Origin: Cyanidioschyzon merolae
Taxonomy: Eukaryota
Assembly (NCBI GenBank): GCA_000091205.1
Contig: AP006488.2
Reading direction: 5' to 3' (one strand)
Length of the DNA: 64,000 nucleotides
A program made the translations under genes and the position numbers. Numbering within the stretch: the first letter of the stretch is position 1; each line of letters begins with the position of its first letter. Positions 42,418 to 54,250 of the stretch are shown piece after piece. A model generated the notes under the pieces. It saw nothing but the letters and a program-made list of their open reading frames with translations. It made no database searches and had not been told where the DNA came from.

Positions 42418-45393
42418 TCAGCTCGATACAGGAGCCATTTCCAGACATTTGAAAATCACTTCCCCGACATCTGTGGAAAGTTTCGGGCTCTCGAGCATGC
42501 GTTCCATTTCGATACGCATCGCACTTTGGCGATCCTCCGAGAAGCGACGCCACTTGGTGAACGCATTCGCAAGGCGCGCTGCTACCTGCGGATTCCGTCC
42601 ATCGATCTCCAGAATCTGATCCGCGAGGAAACGGTAAGCGCTGGATGCATTGGATCCACCATGGAGACCATAGGGATTCGCCAGTGCGAAGCCTCCAAGG
42701 ACTGAATAGATGTTATTGGGGTTCCCGGCATTATACGCAGGGTGATGGAGTAGCGACTGAACAACCATCAGCGCGTCGGAGCGCGGGGCTGTCGCCTGGA
42801 TGCGAAGCCACTTGTCCATCAGGAGGTAATCGCCTTGCCAACGATCGTAGAACACAGAGAGCGCTTGCTCGCGATGCTCCTTGGATGCAGCGTCCGCGTG
42901 AACCAGCGTTTGTAACGTCGCAAGCATGGTCGTCATGGTCGCTGCGTTTCGCATGCGTACCAGGGCACGCTCGAGATAGGGCTCGGGGTTCGGCAAGGTA
43001 ACCAACAGGGAGAAAGCGACCGCCTCGAGCGCTCGCCTTCCCTGCTCGATGGAATCCAGACTGAAGCCGCTGCGTCCCGCTTCGTATTGCTCGGCTGTAT
43101 CCAGCACGTGCTCGAGTCGCGAGCGCAGTGCCTCGGCAAGCTGTCGCTTGATGCTTAGGCAAGCCTTGTGGACGAGTTCGGGATCTACAGGCAGGGTTGG
43201 CTGTTCGTCCATGACGTAGCTTTCGCTCAGAGGCGCCAAGACTTGCGACAGAATCAGCGGATCATCGATGAGGGCGTCGAATGCACGCTGAAACGAGGTG
43301 ATCGCCACCGGGGTGAGGCTTCCATCGCGACGGTGCGCGGCGTTGAGCAGCAGCTGCTGCGCAGCGTCCCAGCGCTGAAAGTCGTCGGTATCGTGAGCCA
43401 TAAGAAAAGCGAGCTCTCGTTCCTCGCGCTCCTGGTCAGCCCAAGATTCCCTAGTAAGCTTGATAGGTGCCGAAAAGTGTCGCAGGTAACTCACGACGTG
43501 CCCTGGAGGAACATTTTGAAGGGTGAAACTTTGCTCGGCCTCCTTCAAACAGAGGATCGTTGTCGGCACAACTTCTTTTCCGGAGGCGTCGAGCACACCC
43601 GTCGCAATAGGAATCACATGCGGTTTCTTCACTGGTTGGCCGGGGGTTGGCGGCACCCGCTGGCGCGCTACAATGGTTAGCTCTCGTCTCTGTGCGTCAT
43701 ACGCGCTGTCGCTGATCCAAACCTGAGGTGTACCTGCCTGCGCATACCACAGCTTGAATTGCTCCCAGTCTGCAGCTGAGAGAACGCTGGGGCTCGCGTC
43801 CGCCATGGCGGCAACAAAGTCGTCGCACGTCACCGCCTCGCCATCGTGCCGTGCGAAATACAGATCGGTTCCACGGCGAAAGCCCTGCTCCCCAAGCAGC
43901 GTTTTCATCATCCGGATAACCTCTGCACCTTTCTCGTAAATGGTAACCGAGTAGAAGTTATTAATGGTCTCGTAGGTGTCGGGTCGAACTGGATGTGCAG
44001 TCGGCCCTGCGTCCTGAGGAAACTGTGTGCTACGGAGTCGGGCAACGTCGGCAATGCGCTTGACTGCACGGTTGCCCCGCATGTCTGCACTGAACTCCTG
44101 TTCCCGAAAAACGGTAAAACCCTCTTTCAGAGATAGCTGGAACCAATCTCGACAAGTTACCCGGTTTCCCGACCAGTTGTGAAAGTATTCGTGCCCAACC
44201 ACTGCCTCTATAGCGTTGTAATCCGAGTCCGTTGCCGTCTGTGGGCTCGCAAGAATGTATTTCGAGTTGAAAATGTTCAGAGACTTGTTCTCCATCGCTC
44301 CCATGTTGAAGTCGTCCACAGCTACGATGTTGAACACGTCGAGATCGTAGACTCTGCCGTAGGTTTTTTCATCCCAGAGCATGGCCTTTTTCAGGGACTC
44401 CATCGCATGCGCAGTGCGGGCCTCATCACCGTGCCGGACGTAGATGTGCAAGCTCACCGGTCTGTTGGAGGCACGAACAAACTCGTCGGAGACGCGGGCG
44501 AGGTCACCGGCAACAAGTGCGAATAGATAACAGGGTTTGGGCCAGGGGTCCTCATAAATCGCATAATGCCGCTGCGGATCCCTAGGGCAAGGTCCATGCT
44601 CAACCAGATTGCCATTCGACAACAAAACCGGATACTTGGAGGCATCTGCAATAATCTTGGTGCGATACCGCGCGAGTACGTCCGGGCGATCGATGAACGG
44701 AACTATCCGACGGAAGCCTTCGGCCTCGCATTGTGTGCAAAACGTACCCTTCGAGAGATAGAGGCCCTCCAGTGCTGTATTCTCCGATGGGTTTAGGAGA
44801 ACACACGACTCCAGAGTGAATCCATCATTGCCCGAGGGTAGCTGACGGATAACGAGCTTGCCTGCATGCATGTGATAGGCACCACGTTCTGCATCCAAAC
44901 GCTTGCCGTTCAACAGCAGCGAGTCCGGAACAAGACGCACCGTTGCTCCCACATCCAGTTCGAGTGTGGAGCACGGTTCGGTGGCATATGTTGGATTAGG
45001 ACGCACGCAAAGCCGGCTCCGCACCTTGGTTTCCGTTTCGTGCAAGTCAATCTCGAGGTCGATGCTTTCAACGAGAAACGGTGGCGGCTGGTAGTCCGCA
45101 AGCCTCACTACCGTTCGAGCTCGACTCGCAGCGGTAGCAGTCATGGTTACGGAACGAGCGTTGCGACGGCTTGTACGTGATACGCGACGACGACCCCAAA
45201 GACTATGCGCCAGGCAAGCGTTCCCGAGGGCGTTTCGCTTCGTGGCCGTTAGAGGTCGCTCCGCCAGACGCAGGGAGCAACTCGAGTTCCTCGTGTTCAA
45301 AGTACGCAAGCTCGCAAGGGGTAGCTTTCGCTGCAAGGGAGCACAAGCAGCCGACAAAAGAACGCACCTTAACGGTGCAACGAAGCTGAGCAT
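42418..45393 (-). CDS. pepN: Aminopeptidase N, bacterial PepN-type M1 metallopeptidase, with an N-terminal extension of about 115 aa.
   Basis: 'GAMENKSLNIFNSKYILASPQTATDSDYNAIEAVVGHEYFHNWSGNRVTCRDWFQLSLKEGFTVFREQEFSADM' is near-identical to E. coli PepN (HExxH + E zinc site). The ORF track start at 45408 is TTG; the first ATG is at 45393. Confidence 0.9.
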   Translation of the reverse strand: MLSFVAPLRCVLLSAACAPLQRKLPLASLRTLNTRNSSCSLRLAERPLTATKRNALGNACLAHSLWGRRRVSRTSRRNARSVTMTATAASRARTVVRLADYQPPPFLVESIDLEIDLHETETKVRSRLCVRPNPTYATEPCSTLELDVGATVRLVPDSLLLNGKRLDAERGAYHMHAGKLVIRQLPSGNDGFTLESCVLLNPSENTALEGLYLSKGTFCTQCEAEGFRRIVPFIDRPDVLARYRTKIIADASKYPVLLSNGNLVEHGPCPRDPQRHYAIYEDPWPKPCYLFALVAGDLARVSDEFVRASNRPVSLHIYVRHGDEARTAHAMESLKKAMLWDEKTYGRVYDLDVFNIVAVDDFNMGAMENKSLNIFNSKYILASPQTATDSDYNAIEAVVGHEYFHNWSGNRVTCRDWFQLSLKEGFTVFREQEFSADMRGNRAVKRIADVARLRSTQFPQDAGPTAHPVRPDTYETINNFYSVTIYEKGAEVIRMMKTLLGEQGFRRGTDLYFARHDGEAVTCDDFVAAMADASPSVLSAADWEQFKLWYAQAGTPQVWISDSAYDAQRRELTIVARQRVPPTPGQPVKKPHVIPIATGVLDASGKEVVPTTILCLKEAEQSFTLQNVPPGHVVSYLRHFSAPIKLTRESWADQEREERELAFLMAHDTDDFQRWDAAQQLLLNAAHRRDGSLTPVAITSFQRAFDALIDDPLILSQVLAPLSESYVMDEQPTLPVDPELVHKACLSIKRQLAEALRSRLEHVLDTAEQYEAGRSGFSLDSIEQGRRALEAVAFSLLVTLPNPEPYLERALVRMRNAATMTTMLATLQTLVHADAASKEHREQALSVFYDRWQGDYLLMDKWLRIQATAPRSDALMVVQSLLHHPAYNAGNPNNIYSVLGGFALANPYGLHGGSNASSAYRFLADQILEIDGRNPQVAARLANAFTKWRRFSEDRQSAMRIEMERMLESPKLSTDVGEVIFKCLEMAPVSS

Positions 45394-45594
45394 GCAGAGT
45401 GCTGTCAAACCTCAACAGGGAGTCTTATAAGCAGCACAACTTCCAATTCAGGAGAACACGCAGTGCTGAGTGCAGCACGGATCTAGGAGACGCTGTACTG
45501 CTGCTACGGTAACTAGTAAGTGCTCCTTGCTAGGATGAACCCGTCCCAGTCACTTTTCTGCGTGGCAACTGCAGGAAATTGAGAAATGTTAGAG

Positions 45595-48250
45595 AGTCGC
45601 GCCGGTGTTGAATGACCACCGCACGTCTTTCAAAGGAGAAACGTTGCCGCCGTCGGTATACAGTAGAAGCGAGGAACACGCTCTAGACAAAAAGTCTCCA
45701 ACTGATGTGCAGACGCCTCCCAGTCTTTCTGGACCGGGCACCCACTACAGCTTTCAACCTTGTCTCATATGGTTCTACATTGAGAGGTTGTCCAACAAAA
45801 TTCCCTCTTGTTGACTCTGAAGGTCTCGTCTCCATCACCGCGCATCTCCTTATATTGATAGCGGCGTTAAAGTCTCTGTTCACAAACTCCATACGTTTCT
45901 TGTCATTGATTGTACTTACTGATGCAAGTAGCCCTCGCACTTTCGCCCTCCTTTGCATTTGCTCTTCCGTCCGCGGTGCGTGCTTTTTTATATCTTCAGG
46001 GCTCCGCTGGCACTTTTCCATATCGACCCTTTGAAGTGTACACCCCCGTTCATGGTGTGTATACGATGTTCGGAACTTACCGACAGGTATTGTAACATAC
46101 CGGTGTGCGCACTCCTCGTACGCTCTTGTCGTTGGAGCCGGTCTACACACATTTTTGGGTCTTCCATCGCCCTGCTCCGCAGGCTACTACGAGCCCTCGA
46201 GCCTTGTCCTCTTTGAGGGCACTCAACTGATTGAAAAAGTTCACGAATACACGCTGCTTACCACAATACAGATTCATTCGCAGACGAGCCCGCCGGGGCT
46301 TGGTATACTCCTCCCACAACGGATCCGAATGGGCAACACGAACTTCCATGGATTTCCGAAAAACTCCACAGTCCGCGCCTCGGCGCGTCACCTCGCTCAA
46401 AGCTTCCAGGTGATCCTTCATTCCTGCATTCCACGTACCTATTTTCTTCCTCGCATTCATTATACTGGATTCTCGATAGTATCTCGTTCTCGGGAACCTC
46501 AAAAGACGCATGTCTTTCTGACGTAAACTACCATCAGTACCATTTTCCGAACGCTTCGGTGCTGCGATTCTTATGATATACGTATTCCGAGGGTCCGCGC
46601 CAACGCCAAAGTCGTTATCCTGCACTTTCTGTGTCGCACGATCCGCCTCCTTCACATCTTCATGGTTCGCCGAGGACGGACCAGGACGATCTCTCTTCAA
46701 CCGCGGATAGAGTACACACATGGCTACTCCATCGGTTTCGATGATCCCAGTGAACAACTTTTGCTTGCTCACTTTGAGAAGTTTGAAATCGAAGTTGTTC
46801 TTCCAGTGCGTCTCCTGGGTATCACCGGTGAACTCTGTCTTCCTTACGATGAACTCTGGACTGATCTCCCTCATGATGCCGTAAAGGACGCCGGAGTCGA
46901 TAGTCACAAAATGTGACTTGATGTTGCATATTGGAACCCCGTTGAAGCGCTTCCCCATTAGAAAAGCCTTCCGTCTCTCCCACTCTTCATTTTTTTCCTC
47001 ACTCAGCTTCACCTCTGCCTTGCGTTCGAGCCCTCGGTCCAGAGACACGAAATACAGCAGAATGAGGCGATAGTATCTTTCCTTATCTTTTTTTCAACTC
47101 TGATATCTTGTCGGTTTGGTTCGCCAACCCCAAGACTGCATGGTGCTCTTCTATAAGCACACGGATTACAGAAGCTATATTCGTTCCCCTGTGTGACGCC
47201 TTCTTGTCGACAAATTCGATCTCATCTTCATGTTGCGATCGTTCATGATGCCGTTGATAATCGCCCATATTTCTTTGCGAGAGATGTTCGGGTACAGTGC
47301 AAACACGGCGCGTACCATAAAACGTTCGAGATTCAAAGTCAAATGGCTCTTCAGGTTCGTGATGTACTTTATCGCCCCGTATGTGTACATATGCGAGTCA
47401 CCCTTGTATCGATTACACTCAAAGCTGCAAAAGGGATGTTTTTCGTGGAGAGCATGCACCCGATCATTTTTCCTTCACGTCCCCGCTGTACCAAGCATCA
47501 TGTGACGAATAAACGTCTTGTCGAAGAACTCGCCCGGAATCTCGACGGTTGCCATGTGCGTCACGTTTTCGTACATCTCCCTCGCCCAATGCATCAGTCC
47601 TGACGAAGCCTTGACAATACTCTTGGAGTACGAGTCGACGCAGTTTTCGATAGCGTCTCGCAGCTTTTCCCTGTAGGGATCCTTGATTTGTCCAAGAAGA
47701 GAGGTTTTCACCACTATCTCGTGGTACAGTTGTCGTTCTTGCAGCCTTCGACATAGGGCCTTCCCCTTTGCTTCTTTTTCTCTTCCTTTTCTTCTGGACT
47801 CGGCACTGTATTTGTTTCTCCGGCAGCCGGCGACAATGGCGCTCCAGGATCGTGGACTTGCTTTTTCATAGCTTTCCTTTTTTGGGGTTTTTCGAAAAAG
47901 AACGCTCTTTGAACCCTTCTGTTATATACTGCGAAAAAGCACTTGACTAGACATGTTTGAGGGCTGAAACACAAATGAACTGAAAAATTGTACTTTGCTT
48001 CGACTCCAACGCAAATACAACTTTTTCCGGTAGAACAACACGTCAACGAATGGTCAGGACTACGTTTCTCTTCCACTGTGAAAAGCGCGTTGTATTTCAT
48101 GCCTTTCAAATATGGAGGTGCACAACTCGACAGAATTATTTAGAACAAAGAACAGATACTCACGATACACGACAAACGATGTAACGATTTCATTCCCCCT
48201 CTACGCTAAACGTTGACAGGGGAAGAAGCTTTCCGCATGTTAGAATGTTT
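45595..48250 (-). mobile_element. Fanzor/TnpB-like element copy B (degenerate, at least 4 frame breaks). Its 3' end lies about 190 bp upstream of the PepN start.
   Basis: Homologous to A and D over the leader, coding region and 3' tail. Its 3'-tail hairpin is degraded. Confidence 0.55.
45683..47869 (-). pseudogene. Fanzor/TnpB-like nuclease pseudogene (copy B). Pieces: 47714-48109, 47475-47714, 47175-47459, 47083-47268, 46143-47048, 45683-46150.
   Basis: RuvC-I '[18 protein letters not shown]'. RuvC-III 'RMEFVNRDFNAAINIRRCAV'. Copy-specific frame breaks. Confidence 0.6.
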
Positions 48251-48419
48251 GCGCTCCAGGCGGAAGGCCCCGTGAGCCGGACGAGTCTTCTTGGTAATTG
48301 CGTCATGGCCCCCCCAGTGGCAGGTGCTTTAGTGATATCTGACCAACTCATCCCCGAAGCGGTTTATTCCGGCATTAAGGGTGCTCAGGCAGCGTCTGCA
48401 CGTCGCCCTGGTCGCAGCG

Positions 48420-49235
48420 CATTCGATGGTACGCCAACGCTGTTCTGTCTCTGTACAGCATCCGCTCCAGCGGTACAAGCGCTGCGGCGGGTGCTCACTG
48501 CAGGCTCGGCGCACGAACGAACGCACAAATCGACCAGTCTAGCGGAAAGGGAGTCTAAGTAATGGAACCTGGAAGTAGGGTGCACCATGATGGGCGCTTT
48601 CCCGAAAGCCGATATCCATCCCGCAATCCGTGATCCACGGTCAACGGATAGGTTTTCTCAGGCCAGAAAAAGAACAAGACACGACGCTCGTGCCGCCGTT
48701 CAAGGGAAACGCCATCCTGATCAATAGCGTGTTGTTCAGCTGTGAAAGTCAGACTTCCGTTCAGGCCGTAGCCAAGCACAGTCTTTCAGTTCCTGTTTGT
48801 TTCGAACTTCAAACAAGTCTAGTCAAGTGTTTTGTCGCAGTATGTAACAGAAGCGTTCACAGAGCGTTCTTTCCAAAAAAACAAAAAAAGAATAGTTATG
48901 AAAAAGCAAGTCGACGATCCTGGAGGCCCAGGATCGCCGGCTGCCAGAAAAAAACAAAAAACATTGCCGAGTCCAGTAGAAAAGGAAGAGAAAAAAAGCA
49001 AAGGGGGAGGCCCTATGTCGATCGCGGCAACAAAGTCGACTGTACAACGGGATGGTGGTGAAAGCCTGTCTTCTTACACATCTCAAAGATCCGTACAAGG
49101 AAAAGTTGCGAGACGCTATCAGAAACCATGTCGACTCGTACTCCAAGAGTATTGTAAAGGCGTCTTCCGGACTGATGCATTGGGCGAGGGAGATGTACGA
49201 AGACGTGACGCACATGGAAACAGTCGAGACAATAT
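48420..49235 (+). mobile_element. Fanzor/TnpB-like element copy C: 5' fragment only (leader plus the first roughly 110 codons), head-to-head with copy B.
   Basis: ATG at about 48897 'MKKQVDDPGGPGSPAARKK...RGRPYV...MVVKACLLTHLKDPYKEKLRDAI...VTHMETVE'. Homology is lost after about 49235. Confidence 0.5.
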
Positions 49236-50094
49236 ATAGTCTAGATAGAGAGGCTGACAATACCCAGCGCCCAGAGCTCTGATTCTTCGTGCCTCATGAG
49301 ATCGATGGGCGTAGGCAATACCGATTAACCAGCAAAAAGCTGTGGCAGCGTGCGAACGTGATTCTTTGTAAAGTCTAGTCAATATAATCGTGTCGCGCCG
49401 ACTAGCAACGACCGGATATCGCAATTTCAGTGCTGGTGCAGCGTCGCATCGACAGTCGGACGCATTGGCATAACGTGCTGAACGTCAGATATGCAAAGGT
49501 AGGGCAGGAGATCAGGAAACAGCGCGGTGTCCATTTGATTCAGTTTAGTCCCAACAATCACGAAGCAACGAATGAGTACCGAAAAGGTTTCGTGCATTCA
49601 AAGCGAAGAATGCATCCACAAGCAACATTCGCCAGAGCAGATAGAGTGCATTCCCGTATTGAGGCAACCATATATAGGACGGATCTTCCTTCAGTGCATA
49701 CATTTGGGGCCCACGTAGTGAGCCCCCGTTACGATGCCCTGCGTTTGCATGCACATCATCGAGGCAAGTGTGCCGCCAAACGAATACTTCGCAAAGCGAC
49801 AACGCTGCGTGACGCCTCGCCCGTGCGCACTGCACCTCAGCGGGCGACGCTCCCCGTAATGCACCAGCGATCACATTAGGAACGTGAGTTTCCTTAATCC
49901 TGCTGCGGCACAGTGCGAGGTCGCAGCGACAAGAATCCTCGACAGCATTCTCCCGAAATCACCAGCAGGTTCGCAGGTCCTATCTGTTTCACCCGCTAAA
50001 CGACCATCTCGAGTCCTGTGCCAGAATGAGAATATCCATGCACAATTCTAGTGAGCGTATCCGCGAGAGGCCGCCAAATAGCCATAGCACGTGC

Positions 50095-51216
50095 TTAGCG
50101 GCCGCAGAGTCCCGGAGGTAACGCACTCGCTATTGCTGTTCGCGCAGCCTCAATAAGGTCCGTCACACTATGATCCGCAGTTTGGATCGCAGGATGAATG
50201 GTTAGGGTGATTCGCTGTTTGGGCCACCGCAACGGTGCCAGCGCCCAGGGCGGCATCACTTCCGCCGTGCCTGTAATCGTCAGTGGAACTATCGGTACCC
50301 CAGCTTGCTTTGCGACCCGAAACGGACCCTGTTTGAAAGCACGGAGCGTCCCGTCTTTTGAGCGCGTGCCCTCCGGAAAAAGCAACAGCGACACCCCGTG
50401 TTCCAGTCGCGAGACCATTTCGCGAAAGACCCGCAGCTGATCCCGTCGACTATCCCGCTCAATCCCGATTTGTCGAGCCATTCCCATCGCCCAGCCGATA
50501 ATAGGGATCGCAAAAATGCTTCTTTTGGACACAAACTTGAAAAATCGGCCTAGAAACGCCACCGTGTAGATGTCCAGGTACGAATTGTGATTGCACACAT
50601 AAAGCACAGTGGCATCAGGTGGAAGCAGATTCTCCGTACCCACGACACGCGGATGAATACCAGTGCTCAGCATGGACAGTCGCATCCAGAGCATCGCGAT
50701 CCAGTCGTAAACGCGAGCTCGATACGGATCAAGGATCAGCACGAACGGGTATAGGATCAACATGATGATAAAGAGCGGCAGCGACCAGGCAAAGGTCACG
50801 AGCAGAAAGAAGACTCCAACCAGGTTTATGCGGGTACGGTGCTGACGCTCCGCCCACGCAGACACACCGGTTTCCTTTTCCTTTGATCGCGTCTCTTCGG
50901 TTGGGTCATCTGAGCCGGGGCTCGTTGTAGCAGTGGAGCGCATGCGAGTGTCGAGCCTGCAGCACTGCAGGCGACGTCGCCTCTGTACCGGGAGTCGAAC
51001 TGATGCGGCTACAAATGCTCGCCCTATACCAACTACGACTACCCCAAATGGTTTGGCATCAGTGACTGGAACGCTACAAATGTAGCGCGCCCACAGAGTT
51101 TGCGTTGTGTTCGAGTCGCTCGAAAAGCCGCCTCGATATCCACTGGCGTGCACGAAACCACAGAGCTTGCTCCGGCTCATGTGACTCTGCAGCTTCGACC
51201 CCAAAGCTAGGTACAT
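50095..51216 (-). CDS. plsC: 1-acyl-sn-glycerol-3-phosphate acyltransferase (PlsC/LPAAT family), plastid/bacterial type, with an N-terminal extension of about 130 aa.
   Basis: Acyltransferase motifs 'NHNSYLDIY' (HX4D), 'FVSKRSIF', 'FPEGTRSKDG' and 'VPIVPLTITG'. The ORF track start at 51252 is GTG; the first ATG is at 51216. Confidence 0.85.
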   Translation of the reverse strand: MYLALGSKLQSHMSRSKLCGFVHASGYRGGFSSDSNTTQTLWARYICSVPVTDAKPFGVVVVGIGRAFVAASVRLPVQRRRRLQCCRLDTRMRSTATTSPGSDDPTEETRSKEKETGVSAWAERQHRTRINLVGVFFLLVTFAWSLPLFIIMLILYPFVLILDPYRARVYDWIAMLWMRLSMLSTGIHPRVVGTENLLPPDATVLYVCNHNSYLDIYTVAFLGRFFKFVSKRSIFAIPIIGWAMGMARQIGIERDSRRDQLRVFREMVSRLEHGVSLLLFPEGTRSKDGTLRAFKQGPFRVAKQAGVPIVPLTITGTAEVMPPWALAPLRWPKQRITLTIHPAIQTADHSVTDLIEAARTAIASALPPGLCGR

Positions 51217-51294
51217 CCTCGCACGAAACTGCCTGACGCTGGTTAGGGGCACTGATTCGGGTGCTAGGTGAAGCAGTGGCCTCGTATAAGCCGC

Positions 51295-54250
51295 AGCGCC
51301 GCCTCACGCACCATCAACGCCGTTCGAAAGTCGAACGACGCCAACGGCGTACAGTAGTGGCGAACGCGCCCCAGACAAGAAGACGCCATTTGACGTACAG
51401 ACGCTCCACGTCTTTCTGGACCGGCCACGCACTACAGCTTCCAACTTTTTCTCATGTAGTTCGACTTTGAGAGGTTGTCCAACAAAATTCCCTCTTGTTG
51501 ACTCTGAAGGTCTCGTCTCCATCACCGCGCATCTCCTTATATTGATAGCGGCGTTAAAGTCTCTGTTCACAAACTCCATACGTTTCTTGTCATTGATTGT
51601 ACTTACTGATGCAAGTAGCCCTCGCACTTTCGCCCTCCTTTGCATTTGCTCTTCCGTCCGCGGTGCGTGCTTTTTTATATCTTCAGGGCTCCGCTGGCAC
51701 TTTTCCATATCGACCCTTTGAAGTGTACACCCCCGTTCATGGTGTGTATACGATGTTCGGAACTTACCGACAGGTATTGTAACATACCGGTGTGCGCACT
51801 CCTCGTACGCTCTTGTCGTTGGAGCCGGTGTACACACTTTTTGGGTCTTCCATCGCCCTGCTCCGCAGGCTACTACGAGCCCTCGAGCCTTGTCCTCTTT
51901 GAGGGCACTCAACTGATTGAAAAAGTTCACGAATACACGCTGCTTACCACAATACAGATTCATTCGCAGACGAGCCCGCCGGGGCTTGGTATACTCCTCC
52001 CACAACGGATCCGAATGGGCAACACGAACTTCCATGGATTTCCGAAAAACTCCACAGTCCGCGCCTCGGCTCGTCACCTCGCTCAAAGCTTCCAGGTGAT
52101 CCTTCATTCCTGCATTCCATGTACCTATTTTGTTCCTCGCATTCGTTATGCCAGATTCTCTACAGTATCTCGTTCTCGGGAACCTCAAAAGGCGCATGTC
52201 TTTCTGACGTAAACTACCATCAGTACCATTTTCCGAACGCTTCGGTGCTGCGATTCTTATGATATTTGTGTGTGTAGGGTCAGTGCCAACGACATGGTCG
52301 TTATCCTGCACTTTCTGTGTCGCAGGATCCTCCTCTTTGTATTCTTCATGCTCCGCCGCGTCAACGACAAGGTCGTTATCCTCCACTTCCTGCGTCGCAG
52401 GATCCGCCTCTTTCTCAACTTCATGCTTCGCCGTGCCAACGACAAGGTCGTTATCCTCCACATTCTTCGTCTCAGTATCCGCCCGATCCTTTTCTTCACC
52501 CTTCGAGAGGAACGAAGCCGAGGGCGGAACTGGACGATCATTCTTCAGCCGCCCGATAATGTACACACAAGGCTACTCCATCGGTTTCGATCATCCCATT
52601 GAATACCTTTTGTTTGCTGACTTTGAGCCGTTTGAAATCGAAGACACTCTTCCAGTACGTGTCCCGGTTTCTCGCCGGTGAAGTCCTCCCTGCTGACAAT
52701 GTACTCCGGACTGATCTCCTTCATAATGCCGTGAAGGATTCTGGGGACGATAGTCACGAAATATGCCTTGCTATTGCACATGGGAACCACGTCGAAACGC
52801 TTTCGCATTAGGACAGCCTTCCGTCTCTCCGACTCTTCATTTTTTCCCTCACTCAGCTTCACCTCTGCCTTGCGTTCGAGTTCACGGTCCAGAAACACGG
52901 AATACCGCAGAATGAGGCGATAGTATCTTTCCTTATCTTTTTTCAGCTCTGGTACCCTGTTTGTTGGATTCGCCAACCCCAGTACCGCACGGTGCTCTTG
53001 TATACCCGCACGGAATACAGAAGCTTCATTCGCGCTCTCGTTTGACTCCTTCTTGTCCACGAATTCGACCTCATCTTCATGCTTGCGATCGTTCGTGATG
53101 TCGTTGATAATCGCCAATTTTCCATTACAAGAGATGCCCGGGTACAGCGCAAAGACGGCACGTGTCATGAAACGTTCGAGGTTCATCGTCAAATGGTTCA
53201 TCAGTTCCGTGAGCTACTTCATCGCTCCGTATGCATAAATATCCTGGTCACCCCTGCTTCGAGTACCCTCGAACCTGTAAAAGGGATGTTCTTCGTGGAG
53301 GGCGTGAATCCGCTATTTTCACTCCGTGTTTCCCCTGTGCCAAGCATTAGGTTACGAATAAAGGTCTTGTCGAAAAACTCGTCCGGAACCGCGACTGTTT
53401 CCATGTGCGTCACGTTTTCGTTCATCTTCATCACCAAATGCATTAGCCCTGACGACGCCTTTCTAATACTCATGGAGTACGAATCGACACGATTTCTGAT
53501 GGCGTCTCGCAATTTTTCCTCGTACGTATCCGTGATATGTCCGAAAAGACAGGCTATCACCACCGTATCGTCGTACATTCGTCTTTCTTGCGGCCCCTGA
53601 CTTCGGGCCTCCTGCCGTTTCTTTCTTGTCCTCTCCTTTTCCTCTGGACTAGACACTGCTTTTTGCTTTTCTCTGGCAGCCGGCGACACTTGGCGAACAG
53701 GATCTCTGACTTGCATATCCATAGCTTCTCCTTGGATTATTCATTTTTTCAATATAAACGCACTCCGATGCTCCTGCTGAAAACTGCGAAAAAGCATTCG
53801 ATGACGCTCACCTGAAGTTGGAACTAAAGTGAGATGATAGTCCATGAGTAGAAAGAGCAGGTTTGCCAGCAGGAGGACGCGGATTATGAATCATTTCATT
53901 AATAGACCCCCAACGTGGGGGCAGATCTACACTCATTTCTGAAAAAACGAGGACCGACCCTCTAAATCGGGAGAAAAGACTAGGCTTTGGGTCGCTTCTC
54001 ACTTTCGTCAATACCAGTCTTGAGGGGCATGATGTTTGACTACTTCCCTTGTCTCTCTCATATGCGCCTGTAGCAACGCAGAATTCTCTTGTCCCTCTAG
54101 CTCCGTTTTCAGAAGTAGAAGGATGTTGATGGCAGTGTCAAAGCCACCATTTCACTGCTTCCGGCTGCTGCTCACGCACTTAATGCTCGAACGGGAGATG
54201 CGATCTATGCTTTGCTTGCCATTTGCGTCTTCCTCGCGTAAAGTCGCGGT
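51295..54250 (-). mobile_element. Fanzor/TnpB-like element copy D (best preserved; about 2 frame breaks). Its 3' end lies about 80 bp upstream of the LPAAT start.
   Basis: Longest intact segment: ORF 51304-52566 spans RuvC-I to RuvC-III. Leader homology to A and B extends to at least 54020. Confidence 0.6.
51304..53722 (-). pseudogene. Fanzor/TnpB-like nuclease, likely a pseudogene (copy D). Pieces: 53219-53722, 52545-53201, 51304-52566.
   Basis: RuvC-I '[17 protein letters not shown]'. Zn-finger-like 'YEECAHRYVTIPVGKFRTSYTHHERGC..MEKCQRS'. RuvC-III 'RMEFVNRDFNAAINIRRCAV'. The RuvC-II position reads 'GLVVACGAGRWK'. Confidence 0.6.

Noticed and set aside
45394-45408. N-terminal extensions in the ORF track for PepN (45408), symplekin (17857), Rab1 (38636), LPAAT (51252) and ORF1 (50).
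   Set aside because: These track starts are TTG or GTG, which the track renders as M. I re-anchored the N-termini to the first ATG. For LYPLA1 a true upstream ATG exists, but the 94-codon extension lacks homology, so the conserved ATG at 21450 is preferred.
52259-52681. Plus-strand ORFs (80-140 aa) opposite the Fanzor-like copy D.
   Set aside because: They are an antisense reading of the 60-bp coding minisatellite. This is a repeat artifact.
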